From: Ascidiella aspersa
Taxonomy: Eukaryota
Direction: 5' to 3'
NCBI GenBank assembly: GCA_963924565.1
Contig: OZ004614.1
Location: 9,796,001 to 9,860,000, forward strand
DNA length: 64,000 nt
Made by a program: the position numbers and the translations under genes. Within the stretch, counting starts at the first letter, position 1, and the number at the start of each line of letters is the position of its first letter. The notes under the pieces are model-generated. The model saw only the letters and a program-made list of their open reading frames with translations, ran no database searches and was not told the DNA's origin. Shown in pieces: positions 12,759 through 23,314 of this stretch.

Positions 12759-14339
12759 CAAAGGTTTTCAACCTATGTGCCATGGCCCCGTAGTGGGCCA
12801 TGACGCTGTTTTCAGTGGGCCACAGAGCTTTACATACAGCGATATCAAAAATCATGTCATTATGAACACATAAGAGTCCGACAAATAAATAGCAAGCACC
12901 TCGACCTAATGCTATGTTTGTGATCATTTATTTTTGCAATGTGTTAGATTTCTCGACACCTTACGTGTGGTACGGATGCCGGAAAGGTTGTCCAAACGTA
13001 ACAATCGCCTTGCTTACGTATTATTCATTGTTACGTTTATTGTTTGGTTTACGAGAAGTAATTTTGCTTGGTTTAGGACAGTGCTCCGCAACCGGTGTGT
13101 CGCGACGTTCCCGTGAGTGTGTTACTTGTGTTTCAGGGTACTTTTTAATCAGTCAAATTAACGCGAAAAATGCGGATCTCATCAAGGCAGATATTTGACC
13201 TTATGCGATATTCCAGGTGTAAATTTATAAACTTCAATAAAATTTGAAACTTTTTTTAAACCTATGTTACCTTCTATCGACATAAATCTAATACTGACTT
13301 AACCACGAGGAGTGTAAAAATACAACATTTTGTTTTCAAATTTTACAACAATTGTTTTCAAATTTTACACTAACGTGGAAAGGGAGATTAACCATGCGCT
13401 TAAAACCCATAAAGTATCACTGTAAATATATTATTGGCATTTTGTGATAGTATAATTAGGCTTGGGTTTTGTTTCGAAAAATATCTGAAGCTACAAAATG
13501 CTAAGCACCAGTGTCCGGTTTCATTTTTCAAACGCTATTTAAAGCCCTCTGTTTATCGTCAGCTATTGCAAGGGAATGCAATATTTAGAAATTTGACTGG
13601 CTTCAGAAAGTCTGTAACCGCAAAGTCAGAAAATAAAGGACGGTACTACGTAAAAGTTACGGCGCATTTCATTATAAACGGTTTTTTAGCTATGTTGGTG
13701 TGCCGCAATTAAAAAAGGTTTTAGGACAGTGTTTTGTAACGATAGGTTCGTTAAATTAAAAACAATTAATTGACGACAACGTAAAACTGCCTGGCTTGAC
13801 ATTGCCGGTAAGAACTTGTTTAATGCTTTGCAGCAAAGTTAAGAGTTGTGGTTAACCGGTGGCCATTTTAAACGTATCTAAGCAGAGTTATATTATATTC
13901 TCTGTGTAAGAACGTTGACGTAGTTTGGAATGATGTATATGTTGTACATATTGAATGTCGCGTAATTTTGCTATAGTACGCAATTATGGCTTATTTTTTT
14001 GGTGTGGTGATTTTTACTTGCAGCGTTTTAGCATCTGCGTCAATTGAACAGCCATTTGTTGCTTGGCTTGAAAAGATCATAGTTGGTGTGTATATATGTT
14101 ACTGTTGATTTTGCGTTGACGCCCCTTCGTTTTCCTGATAGAAAACCGCGCTACAGTAGAAGGCATGCGTCTTTCACTTACCTGTTTATATATTATTGAG
14201 CTAATCGCCTGGGTCTCAAGCCACGCCATTAAGTATGGTGCGACGTAACACATTTGAAATATTCTACAAGCGTTAATGGGCTAACGCCATTGTTTTACTA
14301 ATTTAGTGGGCCATGAGCAAAAAAGGTTAAAAACCCCTG
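12759..14339. mobile_element. Non-autonomous hAT element containing a nested hAT MITE (about 13079-13720)
   Basis: TIRs caaaggttttcaacc / ggttaaaaacccctg; TSD gtttagac/gtttaggc; gtgggcca subterminal motifs; inner element starts cagtgctccgcaacc after gtttagga and has a truncated right end. Confidence 0.75.
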
Positions 14340-16190
14340 GTTTAGGCGAATAATATTGTTATCAATGAGAAAGTCGAATCGAATCGAATCGAATCCAAAT
14401 TTGTATGAACTGTTTTAGCTTTCTTTTATAATAAAATACAGCATCAATAAAAAACAAGCATTTTTACCGCTAAAATATCAACTCCATTCAGATACCGACC
14501 TAACCCATATATACGTCTCTTCAAAATTATTGTGATATTTAGAAACTGTGGTTCCTAAATTGACCTACCTTAGCTAATTAAAGTAAAAATCCAAAAAATT
14601 TTAGAACGGTAGCTTGGTATTCCGCCAACCATTTAAAAAGGTCTGCTTAACGTTTACCAGAATCAATAACTTTTAACCAGGGAGTCTAACCAGAATAATG
14701 TGTTCGGAAACCGGTTTAACCATAACAATTTAAAAGTTCCAGTTCGAATACATCTATTTTCAAAACAGGTTTAGAAAAGGTTCCGTTTCGGATACAATCA
14801 GAGTTGCTAAATGCAGGCAATTTTATAATTGTCACTCTTATATTAAATTGAAGTTTCTCAGCGTATTAAAAATTAAGCTGTTAATTATCAAAATATCTTA
14901 AAATAAAGAGCAACGTTTCATTTAATGAATATTCATTTTTATTCATAAAATATCGAACACGGCATAACTCGATGTAATTTATTCGAGTTGTGACGTCCTG
15001 CTGGAGTGAACCGCATTTTTGACCGGCTAGGTAACCGTGAAGAACATATGAATGTATATTCGTTTAATTCCACGGTTCATATTCGATTACGCTTAGTGAA
15101 AAATGGCCGAAACGGATTTATAAACTTCCAATTGGCTTCGGCTCGACTTCTTGTTTAGTCTAGATTTAACTATTAATGTATATCTAGCTTGGAAAATTGA
15201 GACAAAAACCAAGCATAGAACGTAATACATCATTACGTTCGTTTATTGTGGGAAATCAAGATGTTTTTATTTTTCATATAAAATAAAATACGATTTTTTT
15301 TATATTACGTTGTATTTTTAAAATGGCGATAAACGCACACAGAATAAGTGGCAATATTTTAGCTTTATTACAAGTTGAAATCCAGCGTCCTGAGTCATTG
15401 TTTGACCACGAGAGAAAGAAAACGTCGTTCTGCAAAAAAAACTTCCGTATCTCATTATTTATTTTATCGGAGCTTGGAAACTACAACTTACCTCTACCCC
15501 CTGGAACAGTGTCAAACAATTTGGACTCGAAAATAATCAGTATTATTATAAAATCCTAAATTGCAATGAACCTATACCTACACTCTGTAAAAAAGATGAT
15601 TAAACCTGAATAGAAACAAAACATGTTATACCTGAAAAAACAGTGGTTAAGTTTCTGGGAACAAATGAACAATTTAACAATAAATTAAGCAAGTTCACGC
15701 GAACTGAATGTGTACTGACATTAGGCAACTAAAACTGCTAAGAAAACGCTTTCCTCCTCAATAATGCTAAAATACTCGCTGCAGGAGTTATATATATTGG
15801 ACTACGCTACATCTAACAACCAAACGGCTAACCGGAATTAATCCAAAACCAACAAGTTGTTTACCCGAAATAAAGCCTTCGTGAATAAGGCCAAAATCTC
15901 ACCCGATTAGTTTTGGTAACACTAATAACATTAATTTAAAATATCAATTATAACCACCTGTAGTCGGTTCCATGCGCACAAGTTGATAGTCTTGAATTCT
16001 TGATTGTTCATGCGATGTTCGAATCCTTTCATTCAGAGAAGACTGGGTCTTGAGAACATAAACCACAATAATTTGTTTTATTTAATATTGCGAAGATTGC
16101 TCTAAAGCCTCTTTTGTTTTACCTCTTTTCGTTTTTATGCGGTTTTCAATTTTAAGGTGTCGGTTTAACTTTAGGCTATAGCTCCTAGAT

Positions 16191-16715
16191 CAGGGTTTCT
16201 CAACCGTGGCCCTCGGCCCCCCTGGGGGGCCACGGAGTGGTGATTGGGGGCCACGGGCATAACTCTCAACCTAGGTCATGGTATTACAAAAGTTCTTCTG
16301 TTTATGTGGGGTAATTGAAAACGATATAATTTATTCGTTTTATCGCGGAAAATTTGGATTAACGCAGCTCATTGCTGTGGAGAAACAATCACTGTGCTGC
16401 AGCTTCAAATGCAGCCATATATGCGGCGTAGCGTTTTTTTTTTCAGCGACTAATTACTGGCCCATAACCTTCGCCTAATCATTAGGTGTCCGTCAAATGC
16501 AATTAGGCGAGCAACTAACGTGTAATGCCAGGTAGCCTACAGATATTTCCTTAAAGGGCGTTAAGTTGCAAAACAAGCATTCCATTGTAAAACGAGAAGT
16601 AAAACAAGTGAAAACACGTTAAATGCAATGCTAGGCATTTTTAAGAGCAGGGGGGCCACGAGAGTTAAGAGCATATTAAAGGGGGCCACGAAGCATAAAA
16701 GGTTGAGAACCACTG
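16191..16715. mobile_element. hAT/Charlie-type MITE with perfect 8-bp TSD
   Basis: TIRs cagggtttctcaacc / ggttgagaaccactg; TSD tcctagat on both sides; subterminal gggggccacg motifs. Confidence 0.9.
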
Positions 16716-16924
16716 TCCTAGATCATAGGCTATAATTAATTCGAATTGTTGCACTTAATTGTAACAAACAAATGGAATAAAACGCGTCTACGGTAAAATT
16801 AAAATATAGGACAAGTAATAGGTAAAACTTCTAAGTGTATTACAATGTTTAGCAGTGACAATATCAGTTGATGGCCAACCTGGATATGGTCGACCAGATA
16901 TTAGTGGCTTGAATCGAACCGTGT

Positions 16925-16940
16925 CCGTCAGGTGGCGCTA
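16925..16940 (+). promoter_or_regulatory. CTCF-like motif
   Basis: CCGTCAGGTGGCGCTA compared with consensus CCASYAGRKGGCRS. Confidence 0.4.
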
Positions 16941-17919
16941 GAGAAACGCAGAATTGCCGTCTTTCTATAAAATAGAATTACAATCGCCAGAAAATTATTA
17001 TACCGTGCGCGTCATTACAGAACAACATAACATACATTTGATTTCTTCTCTTTTTCTTTTTCTTGTATTTTTCTTTTTGCTTGTATTTTTCACTCTTCTT
17101 TTTCGTGTCTTGTACACTTGGCTTTCTTTGATTTGCTTGAGACTTCAAACACTGTGTCCTCCTAATACTTAACTCAGGCGCAAATGTTACCGTTTTACAC
17201 GCAAAGGCGAAACTAAACGCGACAAGCCGAAATGAGGACTAAGTATGGACCTAAAACCGATGTTAATTTACATTGATCGTTTAACATAGGGTTTAGAATA
17301 GACATGAACCAAAAATAAATACCAAATTTTAAACAAAGTTAATTGGCTGTAGGGCAGTTTTTACAATAGGGATAAATAATTTAATTTATTTTGCCAGCAG
17401 TTTGAGTGGCGTTTAAAAAAATAAAAAAAAATTAATAAACTTTAAATTCCAAATAAGGGGTATATTTAGTTTGTGAATTGTTGTTGGTCAACTTCGATTG
17501 AGGGATAAGTTAGATAAAATCAATACAAAGATGTTAACATTCAGCGGCGATAAGAAAATTTTTACAAAACGTTTAACGCCAAACACGTCCGTTACATTAG
17601 CCACGGGACTTTAAACCTTAGCTAAGTTCGAAAAACGCATGCGTGATACGTAAGTCCTACCCTAATACGTAATACCGTTTCGAACACGCGAAAGCGAATA
17701 AAAGCAACCGACCGAAATCGCGACGTATTCAGAATATGTCGCAGGCGAAAGAGCAACGTATCGAATAGGTATTTTTCGATATAGTACCGCACGAAAAAAA
17801 GGCGTTCAACGTGAAAAAGGCACGTTTCCCAGGCGATTTATACCTGCGCCGAAAAATATCAAACAAACAAAAATGCTTGCCCAAGTCCGACAATCGAAGT
17901 TGACCTGCGCTACAGCCAA

Positions 17920-19377
17920 TCAAATAATAAGTTTTATGTCACTTGGAATTTTTGACGAGGTGACCCGGTGCGTGAAAGGCCTTCGTGATGTAAGTGGATG
18001 ATGTGAAATGACGACGAAGAGCAGTTCAATCTGCGGCAAAAAAAATTAAAAGGCTTAGAAAAAATGCGTTGTAGTAAATGGCAATTTTTCCATTATCTAA
18101 ATTGCGAAGCTGTGTATATATTAAAACCCATTTACAAAAAAGCGTTGACAAAAATGACAATATATCCTTTACCGAAATTGCGAAGCAGTGTATAGATTAA
18201 AAACCATTTACAAAAAAAAAACGCTGTAGTAAAGGCAATATTTCCAGTATCTAAATTGCGAAGCTGTGCACAGATTAAAAAACATTTACGAAAAAACGTA
18301 GTAAATACTATTTCCATCTGTGTCTAAATTGCGAATCTGTGGTTAGATTAAAAACCAATAACAAAAAAAATTGTGGCAGTTTCTAAGTTACAAAGCAGTG
18401 AACATATCAAGAATCGTCGTAAATGTCCACGAAAATGAAATTATTTGGTGAATTGACTTGACTTTATCACTTCACTTATTAATTCTTTGACAAGTTTTAG
18501 TAAACCAGACTCACCAATGGCTCTGCGGCTATGATGGCGTGATGACTTGACGATGACGCCATTTCTTGCACAACCGAGGTGGGCGAGAATCCTCTGAAAA
18601 CAATAAGTTTTGTAAACAGCGCACGCTCGTGTTAATAACACGTAACAAATGTTTTAATCTCACACAAATATAACTGACGCCATTCTGGCGATTTGGGCAT
18701 TGTAAGCTATAAACTCGGAAGGAATCATGGGTGTCACAAAAATGTCCCTTGTTGTTGGGCATTAAACTCCCAATTTTCAAGGAACTTGGCAACCTAGGCG
18801 TAACTAAATGACACTGATAGAATCGTGTCACAAATGGATGCCTAAAAATCTTCCCCATGTATAAGTCGTGTATAACAGTTATTTATTGAAAAAAAAAAAC
18901 AGCTAAATATGGGATAGCCGAATTGACAAAACATATTGTCTAGCTGTGAAAATGCCAGACACGCGATTGTAACTGTTTACAAACAAGCCGTCGAATACCT
19001 TATTATTACCTACTCACTGGAAAATCCAACCAATGTTTGTCGCTCGACGGTGGCTCTCTTCCGCGCAGACTGCTCCTGGCAAACGAAATAAAATTTTAAA
19101 CCAAGTGTTAAGAGCCCATGAAAGGGTAAAAACCACCGATTTAAATTATGGTAAAACGCTCAAACTGCTCCTGCTATAATTGAGACATCCTTTGCATATC
19201 ATCTACATTCATTATTATAGCTGTGACAGCAAATTAGCAGTACACAAATACTATATTTCTATGAAATATATATGTTTTAATTACAGCAAGGGGTTTTAAG
19301 CAAAATTCCATCTTACCAGGAGCGTAGCTGGGACTTTGTTTATCTTTTCCATCTGCTTCTTCCGCAGTTAAGCGCCA
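17920..19377 (-). other. Cryptic four-exon unit (19377-19317, 19075-19018, 18593-18515, 18030-17920); orphan or transposon-borne gene, 5' end unknown
   Basis: GC-richer islands, each preceded by a pyrimidine tract plus CAG; the first three end in gtaag/gtgag; one spliced frame stays open for 102 codons. Confidence 0.45.
18061..18410. repeat. Minisatellite, about 76-bp unit x about 4.5
   Basis: Recurrent core ctaaattgcgaagc(t/a)gtg...gattaaaaaccatttac. Confidence 0.85.
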
Positions 19378-22300
19378 CTGAATCCTTAATAAAAACAAAA
19401 CACGTTCAGGAAAGTGGTTGTCGATATGTTCCCAAGTGATTTTTATAGTCCGTTATGCAATCATAACACGGAAAAAAGTAGGTTTATCGTTGACAAAAAT
19501 ATTAATTTCTGGTTTTAACTGCTATAGTGTTGAATTACCTCACTTTTATACTTATTAGCAAATCAAAATCGTAAGCGGAGTAATAACTTATTTTGTCCAA
19601 TATTGGGGATGCAGGTAAGTAAATAGGTTTTTACATACAAACCCAAAATCGACACCCTAAATAAGTTTGGAATCGTTGTATCTAAATCAGCAATCCAGCT
19701 AAAAAATATTTCAAAAAACAAAATTTTGCTGCTTTCTTATTAGTTCGCAAAACAATATAATGGAATTATTGTACTAAAATATTTGTCCTTTAAGAAAACT
19801 GAGCAACTAACACTGTTCTGCGCAACTGGCACTGGTCATTTTTTTCTTATTAGATAAAGCTTTTCATCTACTAACCCACTGTCATTCCAACTTTTCCCTA
19901 CTCACACACAACCTCCTCGTCGTTTAACTGTGGTTTATATTTGGTTTCAACTTTTTTTGCTTTAACTTTTTTTCGCCTTTTTCTTTTTGGTGAACTAGTT
20001 TACGTCAATTAGGCTGAAGGCTGTTCATATAGGGAATGGAGGGCAACCTGTAATCAATTAGTTACAGATTGTGATTTTGTAGAAATCGCTTGATTTAATG
20101 AAGCCCCCAGTCAGTGTAATAGCCAGAAGACTTGCCGTAGGGCGGGCTTTATTTTTCCTTTTGACAAGTGTTAGATTGGTTTCAGCCAGTTTGTACCGGT
20201 TCCTAAAAACTTGTTCTTTAAATTCGTAGGGTTAGTTAACAGGTTGTCAACGGCACCATCACCTTTCTAGGATGGTTTCGGCGAACCTTGGACTTACACT
20301 TATTGCAAATTGGTTATCCTTCATTGTCATAATTGGTGATATAACAAGAAATTGAAACTTCTACTAAATAATCTGGAACTCTGCTTCTTTCCTTTAAAAA
20401 AATTGTTTGCTTTTTTTTTAATTTTTATTTGCCATTATTGTTGATCAGTAAGATTTGCGAGGCGCCACTACAATCTGGTCTTACACATATTTCATGTTAG
20501 AATTTATTTGTTGAATAACTGGATTTAAGCGCCTTTTTTATAGATAGTATTGTGTTGGCATTCTACTTTACGAAGTCGCTCTTTGAGATAAAACAATTTA
20601 ATGTCTGGTAAATGGTATTTTTTTCATTATCCGCTCATTGTTGCTTAATGTTCAATTTGGAAATTGTTAAGTTAAACTTTTACACCAAGTTACGCGCTTG
20701 CTTTGATTGGAGGTATTTTGTTGAGTCAAAATCGGAACGATTGAAAGCATGATAAGCTGCGCGGCTCTTTTTGAAATACACACCCAATTCAATTGGTCCA
20801 ATCATCCAATTTCTTCTCTGTGGGTTAAACTGCTCAAATTCACTTAACTTGTTTGCACCGCTGCTATAGTTTTCAACAGCATTTCAATTGAAAACTCTTT
20901 TCACTATTTATCGAGCGTTTACCTTTCACATATTCGTTAAACTGTTAAATTTCATGGTTATATAAAGATGAAGTAACACGAAGACTGTCTTATCTCTTTC
21001 CGAGCCTTACGTTTAAAACAGTTTCATTTTAATGTGTTTTTAACCTAACATGTTGTATATTGAATTTGAGTGTTTTTGTTATAATATGAACACGAGTTTT
21101 GCAAAGTAAGTTCCACTTTATACCACAAATTTGATATTTGACATATAAATGACCAAGGAATAGATGTTGGTTAATCTTGGCAAAAAGGGCGTAATATTGA
21201 ATATTGAATGATTTGATTCTTATATTGCCACATACCTTATTCATTGTAACACTTATACCAAGGCTGTAGAAACTGTTTGTATGTAGCGTTTTACGCTCTC
21301 GCCCTAACAGTTAACACGGATTATTATCTTCTTAAAAACACGCAATATGTTTGGTGTTTCCCCAACGTTAAGAACAAAGTCAATATACGAATGTTCGCAG
21401 CCGATTAACCTAATAAATTCTAAATTAATAAAAAAAAAAATTCTAAAATAATGGTTCTAACAAACTAGCTAAATCTCATGATTGCCTATTAACCTCGAAT
21501 ATTGTTTTTTAAGTTAAAATAGGATTCGTCTTTGTTACCCTGGATACTTCAAATCCACGTGGATGTCTATTGTCACTGTAAACCTTGGTAAACTAAATTG
21601 ATGAAATAATAATAATATTTTTATTATATTTGTTAATTTTGGGATCTAAGCCTGCTCCAACATTGCTAGTTGTTGATCTATTTTCCAATAGAATTGTATT
21701 TGAATAAGAATCTTAGCAGAATGACGATGTCTTTTTTACAACCTTTGGTTTTGCTTGGTGAACTAAACGAAGGTCTTAAACAACACCAGTCAGTGCCGAT
21801 ATGATGCGTTGGTTTATTGAAACTGCATGAACAGCATGCGAAAAAAAAATGTCTGTGTCAATAAACCATTGGCGACAGGCACCACGTATTCGTGATAATA
21901 AAAGTAAATGTCACGCGAAAAAGTACGTTTTGCGAAATTGGGAATGCACTGCAATAAAACTAATTACGTTTTTTAAGTAGAGTCTCGGATTCAAAAAAGC
22001 GTTGTAAATATTCAAGCGATGTGTTACAAACATCATAAAATTGGAAATCGAACTCCGTTTAGGACTCTTTTAAGTTGGCCTATCCGGCAACATTGTGCTC
22101 AACAATAAGCTGAAACAGCATTCTCCTTCACACACACAAAAATCACAGTGCCTGAAAAGCGCGCAAAATAAAGAAAAATTAAACCAAACGAAAGAAAAAG
22201 AAAGAAAACAAAGAAAGAAAATCAGACAGCAACAGTATATTCAAAGAAAATCCTGCTCTGCTGGTCGAAAGAACGTTGTCCCGCGATTGTTGGCGCATTG

Positions 22301-22664
22301 CCAGGCGACTCAATCGAGACACGTCGCGCAGTTTGCCGCATAAAGCACCCAAACATATACAAGGGTAACTGCAAAGCGCAGAATGAAGGCAGAATGCAAA
22401 AAAGTACTTGGGTGGCGTGCACTGAAGAGCGGCAAGAAGTAAGTCCGAAAACGTCCACAATTCTGAACGCAGCCGTTTAGTTTTACCGGAAGCTTCTAGG
22501 CTGTTACTTTTCAGTATAGTGTTCAATACTTTACAGATATTCGTCAATTCCACAGAAGACTCAGAGCTGCTTTACGGCTTTCATTCGGCCGACATCTTTC
22601 AACGTAGAAGCGCAAATAGAACAACGCTATTTAAAATGCTTCGATTACGGAAGTCTCGTCTCCA

Positions 22665-23314
22665 TCACTCTTCCTCTTCCCACCATTCTTCCTCTTCCTC
22701 TCGTACCTCTTGCTGTGGCTCCTCCTGCCTCTGCGGAAGATCGAGTCGTGGAACCTCCTCGGTCGAAGCTGGAGTTTCTTCCTGGATTCGTGGCTGTTCC
22801 TCTTGGGGTGGTTCTTCCACTCGTGGAGGCTCTTCAACAACTGGCGACTCTTCCAATCGTGGAGATTCTTCTTCTATTGGCGACTCTTCTTCTATTGGCG
22901 ACTCTTCCTCTATTGGCGACTCTTCCTCTATTGGCGTCTCTTCCTCTATTGGCGTCTCTTCCTCTATTGGCGACTCTTCCTCTATGGGATACTCTTCCTC
23001 AATTAGTTGCGGCTCTTGTGTTGGCTCTTGTGTTACGACCTCTTGCTCTTGTTCCGGACTTTCTTCCTCTTCTTCGTGTCTAGGCTCCTCAAGATGTCCT
23101 TGCTCCGGGATCCTGTTCTCGGTTTCTCGGTGGACGGACATCTCGACGTTGAGGTCCGTTCTTAGGACATCCTTTTGTTCTGGAGTCGGACGGATGTACT
23201 CCGGCTCTTCTTCTTCAACTTCTTCGCGCTCGATTTGCTGCGAAGTCTCGTCAATGGCTGGGATCGGGAGCCGGATGTGCTTTTCCGTGGCTTCCTTGCC
23301 GTTGGCCGGTGTTT
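22665..23314 (-). CDS. Terminal exon: Glu/Pro-rich tail with (IEEESP)n repeats
   Basis: tcttttccag|AA ACA; long acidic ORF ending EEEEEWWEEEE*. Confidence 0.85.

Noticed and set aside
18061-18410. Regularly spaced repeats as a CRISPR-like array
   Set aside because: Whole units are homologous with no unique spacers, there are no cas genes, and the context is eukaryotic.
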